Shown: positions 1-11,928 of the stretch, piece by piece
How positions within the stretch are numbered: position 1 is the first letter of the stretch
Layout: each line of letters opens with the position of its first letter
From: an uncultured bacterium
GTDB lineage: Bacteria > Acidobacteriota > Aminicenantia > Aminicenantales > CALLJL01
Assembly (NCBI GenBank): GCA_938092135.1
Contig: CALLJL010000019.1
Location: 27,211 to 91,210, forward strand
Direction of reading: 5' to 3'
DNA length: 64,000 bases
The notes under the pieces: generated by a model
Told to the model about the DNA's origin: nothing
The model's database searches: none
Seen by the model: the letters and a program-made list of their open reading frames with translations, nothing else
Translations under genes and position numbers: made by a program

Positions 1-1
1 C

Positions 2-2005
2 CACCATTATGCCATCGTCGATGAAGTTGACAGCATTCTCATAGACGAAGCCAGAACCCCGCTCATCATTTCCGGACCGACCGAAGAATCGACAGAACTT
101 TATTATCGGATTGATAATTTTGTCCGCCGGCTGCAGCGTGACCGCCACTTTAAAATAGATGAAAAAACAAGAACTGTGGCTCTTCTCGAAGAGGGGGTAG
201 CTGAGGCCGAAAAATACTTCCGTATCAGTAATCTTTATGAACTCTCCCACATGGATCTTGTTCATCACATTAATCAGGCTCTTAAGGCCCATCATCTCTT
301 TAAACGCGATGTGGACTACATAGTCAAGGATGGCAAAGTTATAATCGTCGATGAATTTACAGGCCGCTTAATGCCAGGTCGCCGCTACAGCGACGGCCTC
401 CATCAAGCTTTGGAAGCCAAGGAAAGGGTCCGCGTTGAGCAGGAATATCAAACTCTAGCTTCAATTACTTTCCAGAACTATTTCCGTATGTATAAAAAAC
501 TTGCTGGCATGACGGGTACAGCAGCGACCGAAGCGGCTGAATTCATGGCTATTTATAATCTCGATGTCGTTGAAATCCCCACCAACAAGCCTCTCATCCG
601 CTATGAATATCCCGATGTAATTTACCGGACAGCGAAAGAGAAATGGGAAGCAGTGGTAGAAGAAATAATTTCTGCCCACAAACAAGGGCGGCCGGTTCTC
701 GTGGGAACAACCTCGATTGAAAAATCAGAGCATTTGAGCTCCCTTCTGCGCAAACGGGGCATAAAACATGTTGTCCTCAATGCCAAATATCATGAGCAGG
801 AAGCCAGGATTATTGCTCAAGCGGGTCGGGTGGGCGCAGTAACAATTGCCACTAATATGGCTGGCCGAGGAGTTGATATCCTTCTTGGTGGTAATCCCGA
901 ATTTCTGGCCAAAGAGAATCTCCGCCGTGCTGGAATTGACCCGGAAAAGGCCACTCCGGAGCAATGGCAAAAGGCCTATGAAGAAGCGAAAAAAATAACA
1001 GAGGAAGAACATAAAATCGTCGTTTCTCTTAATGGTCTTTATGTTATTGGGACGGAACGGCATGAAAGCCGTCGCATTGATAACCAGTTAAGAGGAAGAG
1101 CAGGCCGTCAGGGAGATCCAGGGGCTTCTAAATTCTTCCTTTCTCTTGAAGACGATCTTATGCGCATTTTCGGTAGCGACCGCATTTCAGGCCTCATGGC
1201 CAAAATTGGGATGAAAGAAGGGGTTCCAATAGAACATAAAATGGTAACTAAGGCTATCGAAAGAGCTCAAAAGCAAGTGGAGGCTCATAACTTCTCCATC
1301 CGCAAACATTTACTCGAATATGACGATGTAATGAATAAGCAGCGAGAAACAATTTACCGGATGCGTCGAGAAATCATTGAAGGCAAAGATATGAAAGAAT
1401 ATATTCAGGAATTGATTGCAAGTCTTGTCGATTGGCTCCTGGACACTCATGCCAATAAAGATCGGCATCCAGAAGATTGGGATAGAGATTCCCTTCGCCA
1501 GGCGATTCTCTCCCAATTTGGCCTGGATATTAATTCCCTTGGACTCAACTGGGAAGAAATCAATTATGAGGAATTGAGAGAAAAAATTATTTCAACTTTA
1601 AATGCCATTTATGAATCTAAAGAACGCCTCCTGGGTACTCCCCGCATGCGGGAATTTGAACGAATCATTTTCCTTCAGGTCATCGATTCTCAGTGGAAAG
1701 ATCATCTCCTTGGCATGGATTATTTACGGGAAGGAATTGGGTTGAGGGGCTATGGCCAGCGCGATCCTCTGGTGGAATATAAAAAAGAAAGCTTTGAAAT
1801 GTTCCAGGCCATGCTCGATCGGATTGAAGAAGAAGCTATCCGCTATATCTTCCTCTTTCAGCCTATTATTGTTGAAGAAGAAGCTTTGCCTAGGCGGCCA
1901 GCTCAGACTGTTTTTTATGGCGCCCCAGCCCATGCGGCTGAGAGAGCCCCAGCTTTTAGACGTGAAGCCAGGGCAATGATTCCTAAAAAAAGAAAAAAGA
2001 GATAG
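2..2005 (+). CDS. secA: Preprotein translocase ATPase SecA (5'-truncated by window edge)
   Basis: Frame is open from base 2 ([25 protein letters not shown]). SecA motifs [54 protein letters not shown] and [11 protein letters not shown] follow. Confidence 0.97.
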   Translation, partial: HHYAIVDEVDSILIDEARTPLIISGPTEESTELYYRIDNFVRRLQRDRHFKIDEKTRTVALLEEGVAEAEKYFRISNLYELSHMDLVHHINQALKAHHLFKRDVDYIVKDGKVIIVDEFTGRLMPGRRYSDGLHQALEAKERVRVEQEYQTLASITFQNYFRMYKKLAGMTGTAATEAAEFMAIYNLDVVEIPTNKPLIRYEYPDVIYRTAKEKWEAVVEEIISAHKQGRPVLVGTTSIEKSEHLSSLLRKRGIKHVVLNAKYHEQEARIIAQAGRVGAVTIATNMAGRGVDILLGGNPEFLAKENLRRAGIDPEKATPEQWQKAYEEAKKITEEEHKIVVSLNGLYVIGTERHESRRIDNQLRGRAGRQGDPGASKFFLSLEDDLMRIFGSDRISGLMAKIGMKEGVPIEHKMVTKAIERAQKQVEAHNFSIRKHLLEYDDVMNKQRETIYRMRREIIEGKDMKEYIQELIASLVDWLLDTHANKDRHPEDWDRDSLRQAILSQFGLDINSLGLNWEEINYEELREKIISTLNAIYESKERLLGTPRMREFERIIFLQVIDSQWKDHLLGMDYLREGIGLRGYGQRDPLVEYKKESFEMFQAMLDRIEEEAIRYIFLFQPIIVEEEALPRRPAQTVFYGAPAHAAERAPAFRREARAMIPKKRKKR

Positions 2006-3493
<1,488 letters not shown>

Positions 3494-3865
3494 TATTTTT
3501 TCCATAAAATTGGCAGCAGAATATTTTGAGAGAAAATATCATCCTCAGAAATTTAAAATTTCTTATCGGGAGACGACAATTTAAATTTCACTCAGATTAG
3601 CCTTGATAAGCTAGATAAACTTCCTTAACTCTCGACCAATTATCCAGAGTTTTCCATGTTTAAAGATCTCGCCTTTGGTTTTATTTTTAAACCCGCCAAA
3701 AAAATAATCATGGAAAAAATATCCTCTTAGTGACTAAAAAAAATTATCATCAGGCCACTTTGCTGGATGCTGTGCACGGGGCCATCTTCAGCCTGAAATC
3801 ATTGAATCTAAAAAAAGATTTTTCAGGCTTACAAGTCAATCCTATTTAAAATAGCCCAAAAGATT

Positions 3866-5614
3866 TTAATGGGAAATCTGCTTTTCCATCAAAAACTGCA
3901 AAATTTCGAGTTCATCGGTTTCAAACCAAATTAAAGAACAATGCAAGCATTTATAAACAGGAAGAAGAAATAGATAACTAAAGGGCTTAATAACCATCTG
4001 CAGGCCACATTGTGGGCAGTAGGCTATTCCTTTTTCTTTGGACCGCTTTTTAAGCCAGTCCGGATGGCTAAGATTTTTTTCAATTTCCAATGCTTTGTTC
4101 TTTAAAAATGGAGAGAAGCCGATTTCATGCCTGGACATTATTCTCTCTAAATAGGAGAAAGGGACCAATTTTCCTTGACAATTCGAACATATTTTAATTT
4201 TTAGTCCTTCATAATAAGCCTCACCCAGTTCAATCTGGCATTGAGGACATTTATTCTGGCTCTGAAGATCAATTGGCTGCTGACGATAAAGACGATAAAA
4301 AGCCTGTCTCAAGGAAGCAAAATCCTTGGCCTTCCCTTCCTGGTTCTCCCTTATATTTTTTACTCTAAGACCAGGGGAAAAAAAAGGAAGAGATAAAAGC
4401 GAATTCGAAGTATAAGGTCCTTCCCACCGGCCTGAGGCTCCCCTAACCATCCAGATTCTCTCCTGAAGATTGGCCGTCTGAATTCTGGAAAGAACAGAAT
4501 AATTGGATACATCATCCAGGCTGCTATCAATTCTTTCTTTATGTCTTTCTTCCTGGGCTTTTACTTCCAGCCTGGCTCTTTCTCGCCTTTTCTGTTGTTC
4601 TTTAATTTGGGCTATTAAATCCCGCCAGGATTTATTAGCCATTGAAGTGAGAAGTTTTAACCTCAAGGTAGCGGGGGGATGGGTATTAAAAAGGCGATCG
4701 AAAAAATGATCCCTTATTTCCCGCGAATCAGGAGGAACAAGGAAAAGGGGGGTGTAGAGGCTGAAATCGCCCAGATAGGAATTTCCGAGCTGAGCCTTAT
4801 AGATAATTCTGGCCAGAGCCATAGGATCGCGACTTAGTTCAACGGCAGTCGCATCAGCCAGAAGTTCCCGCTGACGGCTAATAAGGGTACTAAAAAAATA
4901 CATTAAAATGAAGGAAATAATTCCGGCAAAATAAAGAAGAGGATGCACCGCTTCCTTGTGGGAATGTCTATTCAAAATGTCCAGGGACGGCCTTTCCCTT
5001 TCTTTCTCAAGGAAATTTAACAATTGCTCAAAGAAACTGGCGAGGGTACAGATTAGGGTTAAAAGGTATGTATCACCTCTTAAAATATGGGCAACCTCAT
5101 GGGCCACCACGGCCTGTAGTTCATCGCGGCTGGCTTCAGCGATCAGCCCTTCGGTGATGCCTATAACTGGTTTTCCGTCATGACCGATAAGAGAGAAAGA
5201 ATTGATATTAAGAGAGGGAACAATATAACCCCTGATTTCGGGTAAACCTGAGGCTAGCTTTATTTCCTCCAAGATATTCTGGAAAGCCAAATGATAACGA
5301 TCATCAGGCTGAGGGGGATAAGCCTGTAAGCGATTAAGAATAAAGGTGATCCCAGTTTTCTTAGCCTTCAAAAAATTTAAAGCAGTTAAAATTGAGCTTA
5401 CAGCAATAACTAAAAAAAGGTATTTTAAAAAATGGGGAGACTGCCAAAAATTCAAAACAGGAAGAAAGGAGCCGGCAATTAAAAAAAGGATAGCAGTTAG
5501 AAATCCAAGACAAACAAAATAAAAAAGGAAAAGCAAAAATAAAATAAGAAAAAATAATTTCTTTTGTTTTTGCTGAATTTCCCAAAAAAGGACTCTTTCC
5601 AAGGTCTTCCTCAC
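3866..5614 (-). CDS. M48 (HtpX-like) membrane zinc metallopeptidase with C-terminal GYF-like segment and two zinc ribbons
   Basis: N-terminal TM helices, HEVAH, RELLAD and THPP motifs; C-terminal CPQC..CSNC and CPQC..CLHC. Confidence 0.8.
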   Translation of the reverse strand: MRKTLERVLFWEIQQKQKKLFFLILFLLFLFYFVCLGFLTAILFLIAGSFLPVLNFWQSPHFLKYLFLVIAVSSILTALNFLKAKKTGITFILNRLQAYPPQPDDRYHLAFQNILEEIKLASGLPEIRGYIVPSLNINSFSLIGHDGKPVIGITEGLIAEASRDELQAVVAHEVAHILRGDTYLLTLICTLASFFEQLLNFLEKERERPSLDILNRHSHKEAVHPLLYFAGIISFILMYFFSTLISRQRELLADATAVELSRDPMALARIIYKAQLGNSYLGDFSLYTPLFLVPPDSREIRDHFFDRLFNTHPPATLRLKLLTSMANKSWRDLIAQIKEQQKRRERARLEVKAQEERHKERIDSSLDDVSNYSVLSRIQTANLQERIWMVRGASGRWEGPYTSNSLLSLPFFSPGLRVKNIRENQEGKAKDFASLRQAFYRLYRQQPIDLQSQNKCPQCQIELGEAYYEGLKIKICSNCQGKLVPFSYLERIMSRHEIGFSPFLKNKALEIEKNLSHPDWLKKRSKEKGIAYCPQCGLQMVIKPFSYLFLLPVYKCLHCSLIWFETDELEILQFLMEKQISH

Positions 5615-5619
5615 TTTCT

Positions 5620-5976
5620 TCAGCGGATTTCAGCAATTTCGTTATTTCCTTTGATTAGCACAATGCGCGGCGAATAAAACTCAATTTCGTTTTCATCTAA
5701 AAGGGTATAAGCCACGACAATCAATTTGTGACCTATTTTGGCTTTATGGGCGGCCGCTCCATAAACACCACAGTATCTTGAGCCTCTTTCGGCCTTAATT
5801 AAATAGGTAGAGAAGCGATCACCTGTGGTTACATTGAAAACATGGACTTTTTCATAGGGGAAAAGGCCAGCTGCCTCAAGGAAGGCCTCATCCAGGCAGA
5901 GGCTGCCTTCATAATCTAATCGAGTTTCTGTTACGGTCAATCCATGAAGCTTTGACTTTAAAAAAACTCTTTGCAT
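5620..5976 (-). CDS. panD: Aspartate 1-decarboxylase
   Basis: KSKLH, YEGS self-cleavage site, RFSTY, GAAA; lies downstream of panBC. Confidence 0.93.
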   Translation of the reverse strand: MQRVFLKSKLHGLTVTETRLDYEGSLCLDEAFLEAAGLFPYEKVHVFNVTTGDRFSTYLIKAERGSRYCGVYGAAAHKAKIGHKLIVVAYTLLDENEIEFYSPRIVLIKGNNEIAEIR

Positions 5977-5977
5977 C

Positions 5978-6832
5978 TTAGCCTCCTTTCGGGGAAATTC
6001 TTAAATTATCAATTAACCTGGTTTGACCACAATAAACGGCCAGAGCAATTAAAGCCTCGTCGATTATTTTTTCTAAGGGCTGAAGCTCCTCTGGGTCAAC
6101 AATTTCAATATAATCAATTTTTAATCGAGGCTCTGCTTTAATTATTTCTTCCATTCTTTTTTTAATAACTTGACAATCTCTTTCACCCATCTCAATCAAC
6201 CTGGCTGCTTCTTCAAGGCTGCGCGGGATGGTCAGACTTGCCTTTCTCTCCTCAGCTGAAAGATAGGTATTCCTTGAGCTTAAAGCCAGGCCATCTACAT
6301 CCCTGACTATAGGCATTACCTTAATCTCCACATCCAAATTAAGGTCACGGACCATCCGGCGAATAATCACAGCCTGCTGAGCATCTTTCTGGCCAAAATA
6401 GGCAATATCGGGTGAGACGATATTAAAGAGTTTAAGCACAACGGTAGCCACCCCTCGAAAATGACCCGGCCGGCTACGACCGCAAAGACCATCCTGAAGT
6501 TCAGTAACTTCTACATAGGTTTTATAACCAGCTGGATACATCTCCTGAGCTGAAGGATAAAAAAGATAATCAACGCCCTCTCTTTCGAGCATGGCCCGAT
6601 CTCTCTCGAGATCCCGAGGATAACGATCAAAGTCCTCCCCTGGCCCAAATTGAATAGGATTAACAAAAATGCTGACAACAGCTATGTCTGTTTCTTGCCG
6701 GCAGGCCCTCACCAAACTCAGATGTCCCTCATGCAAATAACCCATCGTAGGCACAAAGCCTATTTTTTTCCCCTGACTCTTAAGGTCTTTCACCGTTGCC
6801 TTCATTTGATGAATTGTTTCGATAATTTCCAT
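5978..6832 (-). CDS. panC: Pantoate-beta-alanine ligase
   Basis: [46 protein letters not shown]. Confidence 0.97.
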   Translation of the reverse strand: MEIIETIHQMKATVKDLKSQGKKIGFVPTMGYLHEGHLSLVRACRQETDIAVVSIFVNPIQFGPGEDFDRYPRDLERDRAMLEREGVDYLFYPSAQEMYPAGYKTYVEVTELQDGLCGRSRPGHFRGVATVVLKLFNIVSPDIAYFGQKDAQQAVIIRRMVRDLNLDVEIKVMPIVRDVDGLALSSRNTYLSAEERKASLTIPRSLEEAARLIEMGERDCQVIKKRMEEIIKAEPRLKIDYIEIVDPEELQPLEKIIDEALIALAVYCGQTRLIDNLRISPKGG

Positions 6833-6925
6833 GGCTCTTCCTCAATGCTTATAGAAATAAAAATTTCCCTCTAAATATTTGCCCATTTTCTGAACAAGTT
6901 AACTTCTATCATTAATTAATCTCTT

Positions 6926-7819
6926 TTAATTTGTCTTCTTTCCAGCGGTTCGTTTGGTTCTCCCCTTCAAAGGGCGACCAAATTTTAACTTTCCCCATTT
7001 CACATGGTAGGCATGATCTGAATCAGGAAAGATACCTTCCTTTACTTCATTAGCGTAATTTTGCAGGGCTTTTCTTATAATTCCAGCCAAATCAGCATAT
7101 TTTTTGACAAACTTGGGCAGATTTTCCTCGGTCAAACCGATGAGGTCGTGAAAAACAAGAATTTGACCATCGCAAAAGCGGCCAGCGCCAATACCAATGG
7201 TTGGAATCCCCACTTCCTGAGTAATTATTTTACCAAGCTCTTCAGGAACGCATTCGAGGACGATGGAAAAACAACCTCTTTTTTCGAGTTCCCTGGCTCC
7301 TTTAACAATTTTTTTGGCTTCCTCCCAGTCGCTTCCCTGGAGACGATACTGGCCTAGCCGATTGATTGACTGGGGAGTTAAACCCACATGGCCCATAACT
7401 GGAATTTCTGCCTCAACTAGAGCTTCAATGACCGCCAGCCGCCGCGGCGAGGCCCCCTCAATTTTAACTGCTTTAGCACCGGCTTCTTTGATAAAACGGG
7501 CTGCATTCCTGATGGTCTCATCGGAAGAAAGATGAAAAGAGAAATAGGGCATATCAGCCACCACCAATGCCCTTTTTACCGCCCTAACTACAGCTCGAGT
7601 ATGATGGAGCATCTCTTCCATGGTTACAGGCAGCGTATTTTCATAGCCCAGAACTACCATGCCTAAGGAATCGCCTACAAGAATGATATCCATACCAGTT
7701 TCATCGGCTAATCGAGCTGTAGGAAAATCGTAAGCAGTAATGGCCACAATCTTTTCTCCAGCAAGCTTTTTTGCTTTTAGGAGAGGAATGGTTAAAGGGA
7801 AAACTTTTTCTTGAACCAT
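6926..7819 (-). CDS. panB: 3-methyl-2-oxobutanoate hydroxymethyltransferase
   Basis: TAYD, LVGDSLGM, VADMP, KIEG, GHVGLTPQS, IGIGAG, DGQILV. Confidence 0.97.
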   Translation of the reverse strand: MVQEKVFPLTIPLLKAKKLAGEKIVAITAYDFPTARLADETGMDIILVGDSLGMVVLGYENTLPVTMEEMLHHTRAVVRAVKRALVVADMPYFSFHLSSDETIRNAARFIKEAGAKAVKIEGASPRRLAVIEALVEAEIPVMGHVGLTPQSINRLGQYRLQGSDWEEAKKIVKGARELEKRGCFSIVLECVPEELGKIITQEVGIPTIGIGAGRFCDGQILVFHDLIGLTEENLPKFVKKYADLAGIIRKALQNYANEVKEGIFPDSDHAYHVKWGKLKFGRPLKGRTKRTAGKKTN

Positions 7820-7891
7820 TTTAAATCCTTTCTCCCCATCTCGCCTAAAATATCGAGATTAGGGTAAAGTCTATTTTTTAACCAAAATAAA

Positions 7892-8557
7892 TTATCGGCG
7901 TGACGATTTTTTTTGTCCATAGCTTGAAGGGACAAAATAAAGATGGCCTTTTTTAAGATTTTTAATCTGTTGAACAACATCCATCATTTCAGCGTCATCA
8001 GTTGGATCAAAATCGTCGGATTTAATGACGAGCAAAGGCGTTGTCTTATAATTAAAGAAGAAATAATCAAAGGCCTGTAAAAGATTCTGCAAATATTTCT
8101 CGGAGATCATCTTTTCAAGCTCAGTTCCCTCGCGAGCAATTCTTCTTAGCAAGGTAGGTAAAGAAATCTGAAGATAAATGGTTAAATCAGGTTTAGGAAT
8201 TCTTTCCTCGAGAATAGCATAAATCCTTTCGTAAACAATTAATTCATCGTCAGTTAAAGTCTGATAAGCATAGATTTTATCTTTTTCAAAAAGATAATCA
8301 CAGATTACCCTATCGGCAAAGAGATCCCTCTGAGCTAGCATGACCTGTTGATGATAACGATTGACTAAGAAAACAAGCTGGGCTAGAAAGGCAGCTCCTT
8401 CTTTTTCTTCATAAAAATCCCTTAAATAAGGATTTTCTCGGTTATCTAAAATAACCCGGCCGCCAATCAGTTTGGCTAATGCTTGGGCAAATCGGGTTTT
8501 ATAACTATGGGGAACACCCTCAATGGCAATATGATGAAAGGGTAAATCCTCAATCAT
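7892..8557 (-). CDS. Deoxynucleoside kinase family protein (atypical P-loop)
   Basis: IAIEG..., ENPYL..FY, AFLAQLVFLVNRY, DYLFEKD, PDLTIYL, LLRRIARE; typical position upstream of panB. Confidence 0.8.
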   Translation of the reverse strand: MIEDLPFHHIAIEGVPHSYKTRFAQALAKLIGGRVILDNRENPYLRDFYEEKEGAAFLAQLVFLVNRYHQQVMLAQRDLFADRVICDYLFEKDKIYAYQTLTDDELIVYERIYAILEERIPKPDLTIYLQISLPTLLRRIAREGTELEKMISEKYLQNLLQAFDYFFFNYKTTPLLVIKSDDFDPTDDAEMMDVVQQIKNLKKGHLYFVPSSYGQKKSSRR

Positions 8558-8591
8558 GACTTGTTATATTTTTTAATCAAATCATTCTCCC

Positions 8592-8804
8592 CTATTCTGT
8601 TTTCTGAACCTCAGCTTTTCCGGCTGGAATGACTATCCAGGCAATGAGATAAAAAATAACCATCGGCACAAGGGCAGTTATCAAAGTAATGCCCACAAAA
8701 ATCAGACGCACCAGGGAAACATCAATGTCAAAATAATTGGCCAATCCAGCACAGACTCCACCAATCATCCTGCCTTCTAAAGAGCGAGTTAATTTTTTAG
8801 CCAT
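8592..8804 (-). CDS. PspC domain membrane protein
   Basis: KKLTRS..RMIGGVCAGLANYFDID..LVRL..YLIAWIVIP; ATG at 8804 follows GGAG. Confidence 0.9.
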   Translation of the reverse strand: MAKKLTRSLEGRMIGGVCAGLANYFDIDVSLVRLIFVGITLITALVPMVIFYLIAWIVIPAGKAEVQKTE

Positions 8805-9300
8805 GGTCAAGGCTCCTTTTTCAGATAATCCAATTTATTTTAATCCCTTTACTTCTCCTCACTGCCTCCAATTTCTGACAGACCTTTTTGAATTTTATTA
8901 TAGCTAAAACATTTTTTCTCTTCATCAAAATTTTTAATTAAAAACATAAAAAAGAGGCTTTCTCTTCCAAAAATAAAATTTTATCTTTTTTGAATCAAAA
9001 TATAAATTAAAAATTTGAAATTAATTAATAATTGAGGGAAGAAAATACCTGGGTGGGGAAAAAACCCAGGTTTTGACTATTTTTGTCTCCCCACTTAGCC
9101 TGATTTATAAATCGACCAGAAAGATAAAACTCTTAAGCATTATCAAAGTAACGCGAGCGGTGCCGCCATCGGGGCCAACTGAAAATTCTATTAATTTTTA
9201 TATTGACTTTTATCCAGGCTTAAAATAAACAAGACTATATTTATTATAGCTTTTCTTTAAATTTCTCTGGGGAAAAGAAAGGTAAAGAGGAGACAAAAAA

Positions 9301-10737
9301 ATGAGCAACCAGCAATTTACCCCCGGGCTCAACGTGGATGAAATTCTCAATCGAGCCGAGCAAGCTGCTTCTGTTTTTCGCGATTTTGATCAGGAAGAAA
9401 CGGATAGAATTGTTTATGCTGTATATGAAGCCGCCTTCAAAGCCAGAGTTTATCTCGCCAAATTAGCCTATGAAGAAACCGGAATAGGGCGCTGGGAAGA
9501 TAAAGTGATCAAGAATATTCTGGCTACCAAGATTACCTATGAGGAAATAAAAAATGTTAAAACGGCAGGCGTAATTGCTGTTAACCAAGAAGAAGGGATT
9601 ATTGAGATGGCTGAACCTGTTGGTCCGATTGTCGCCTTAACGCCGATTACCAATCCTACATCGACCGTTCTTTTCAAAATCCTTATCGCCCTTAAGGCTA
9701 GAAATCCCATTATTATCAGACCCCATGGCGGGGCGAAGAGATGTTCCATCGAAGCGGCCCGTATCTGTTATGAAGCTGCCCTTCGGGCTGGCGCACCCGA
9801 AAATTGCATTCAATGGGTAAGAGTTTCCACTAGAGAGGAAACAGCTTCGCTGATGGCTCATCCAAAAACAGCTTTGATCATGGCCACGGGCTCAGTCGAT
9901 GTGGTTCGAGCCGCCCTTAATTCGGGTAAACCTTCAATCGGCATTGGCCCTGGAAATGTTCCTGTTTTTATCGATTCGAGCGCCGATCTACCTTTAGCCT
10001 GTGAAGCCATCATCAGTTCAAAAACCTTTGATTATGGCTCGGTCTGTGCGAGCGAACAGGCGCTTATTGTTCCCAAACAAATAAAGGATCAGGTGAAAAA
10101 TGAACTTGAAAAAAGGGGTGCCTATTTCTTAAACCCAGAAGAGATAAAGAAACTTGAGCCTGTGGCTTATAGTTCTCAAGAAAAAGTCATGAAAGTAGAA
10201 GTTATTGGTCAGGCCGCGCCAAAAATTGCTTCCCTGGCTGGTTTTAAGGTCCCAGAGAACACAACCATTCTTGTTGCCCCTTTAGAAGAAATTGGACCCC
10301 ATTCGCCTTTGTCCATGGAAATATTAGCGCCCATTCTTGCTTTTTATGTGGCTGACAACGAAGACAGAGCTTTTCATCTAGCGAAAGAAATTTTAAAAAA
10401 TGGTGGCCTTGGCCATACAGCCAGCATTTTTTCCTCCCGGCCTGCCCAAATTGCCCGCTTTGCCCGAGAAATGCCGGCCGGCCGAATTCTGATCAACACC
10501 CCGGCCTCTCTTGGAGCTTTAGGCGGCCTTTACAATCGGCTTCAACCTTCTCTTGTTCTTGCCTGTGGCCCGAAAGCTGGCAACATCTTCTTAGATAATA
10601 TTTCTGTCCATCATCTAATTATTCGTAAAAAAATAGCGGAGCCCAGAATAAGCCCTTGGTATCGAAAAGAAATCCGTCAACTTTATCTTGATGAATCCGT
10701 GATGCCTGACAAGCTCAATGAACAGGTAAAATCCTGA
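9301..10737 (+). CDS. CoA-acylating aldehyde dehydrogenase (AdhE N-terminal-like, stand-alone)
   Basis: PITNPTST, ATGS, GPGNVP, SKTFDYGSVCASEQ, EILAPIL, GHTA, RILINTP; no alcohol dehydrogenase domain. Confidence 0.88.
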   Translation: MSNQQFTPGLNVDEILNRAEQAASVFRDFDQEETDRIVYAVYEAAFKARVYLAKLAYEETGIGRWEDKVIKNILATKITYEEIKNVKTAGVIAVNQEEGIIEMAEPVGPIVALTPITNPTSTVLFKILIALKARNPIIIRPHGGAKRCSIEAARICYEAALRAGAPENCIQWVRVSTREETASLMAHPKTALIMATGSVDVVRAALNSGKPSIGIGPGNVPVFIDSSADLPLACEAIISSKTFDYGSVCASEQALIVPKQIKDQVKNELEKRGAYFLNPEEIKKLEPVAYSSQEKVMKVEVIGQAAPKIASLAGFKVPENTTILVAPLEEIGPHSPLSMEILAPILAFYVADNEDRAFHLAKEILKNGGLGHTASIFSSRPAQIARFAREMPAGRILINTPASLGALGGLYNRLQPSLVLACGPKAGNIFLDNISVHHLIIRKKIAEPRISPWYRKEIRQLYLDESVMPDKLNEQVKS

Positions 10738-10759
10738 ATAAATAGGACTAAATCTTCAG

Positions 10760-11681
10760 AAGATTTTTCCATCATTGCTTTTATTCTTTTCTTGGTTGTG
10801 AGTGATGCTGTCTATATCGTTTCCGAACCCATTCAAGTCATCATTACTCAATTTGGTCAGCCCATTGGCAGGGACATTATCTCGCCCGGCCTTCATCTAA
10901 AGGTCCCTTCATTCAAAAGACTCACTAATTTGAAAAGAGATGGCTCAAGTGGGATGGCGACCCAAACTAGATTCCTACTCGTGATAAAAAAATATATGGG
11001 TAGACTCTTATGCCCGGGGCGGATAGCTAATCCCCTATTTTCTTCAAGCGAGCTAGAGATGGACGGGGAGACCAATTCAAACCTGACGACATTATTATGG
11101 TGAAACCCGAAATACCATTGCCAAATTCAATTTAATCGAGGATGAGCGATCCTCAAATCGAGAGTTTAAAGAAATCGAAGAAAGGGTAAGGTCTGAAGTT
11201 ACTTAAGGTTTGGACAAAATAAAATCTGGATGTAATCGTATCGCCGAAATTATCCTGGAAAGGGCCTCTCGCATAGCTCTTTAATTGGGTGTGGAACTTA
11301 AGGATGGCCGAAGAAAGAGAAGTAATTATATCAATGAAATCCAGCGCAAAGTCTTTGATCGCCTGATTGCCGAAAGAAAAACAATTGCCTCCAAATATCG
11401 CTGGGGGTGTTCGGAGCACGGAAATAAGAGGCAAGAAAGAAAAAGAATAGAAGAGAATTAAATCGGAAGCTTACCAGAAGGTTCAGGAAATTAAAGGGCA
11501 GGCTGATGTTGAAGCAACTAAGATTTATGCTCAAGCTTATAACCTCGCCCCCGACTTTATCAGCTCGTGAAAAACCCATAAAACCTACCTAAAAGGTTTT
11601 GATAGGGAAACTTGGCTCATTCTTCCTCTTGATAGTGAGTTTTTGCGCTTTCTGCGTAGCTTCTCGAAACGCATGTTTTAA
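10760..11681 (+). pseudogene. hflC: Decayed HflC (SPFH protease modulator) gene
   Basis: Fragments across frames read VIITQFGQPI..PGLHLKVP, FEKRWLKWDGDPN*IPTRDKKY, GETRNTIA, LGVELKD, VFDRLIAERKQ, GQADVEATKIYAQAY and DSEFLRFL, with several in-frame TAA/TAG and frameshifts. The start is approximate. Confidence 0.85.
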
Positions 11682-11928
11682 AATAAGCTAAGAAAAAGAT
11701 CTTTTTGATAAGAAATTAATAAAGGCTTTAATAAAGCCTGGCGTGAAGAATAATAGCCTTAATTAAAATTTTCTTTAGGGTCTAGATAGTATCGCTCAAC
11801 AATAAAAATATAATTATAAGACAAGATAATCGTAACGCCAGATAATTGATTGAGTAAAAAGAGAAAGTCATTTATATTAAAAATTCTTCAGAGAAAATAA
11901 GTTAAATGAAGTAGAAGGAACCTAAAAA

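Noticed and set aside
10792..11103. 103-aa ORF as a stand-alone gene
   Set aside because: It is a frameshifted piece of the hflC pseudogene.
10900..11460. Stop-codon readthrough or recoding in the hflC region
   Set aside because: Stops are mixed TAA/TAG and accompanied by frameshifts; other genes use TAA, TAG and TGA as normal stops.
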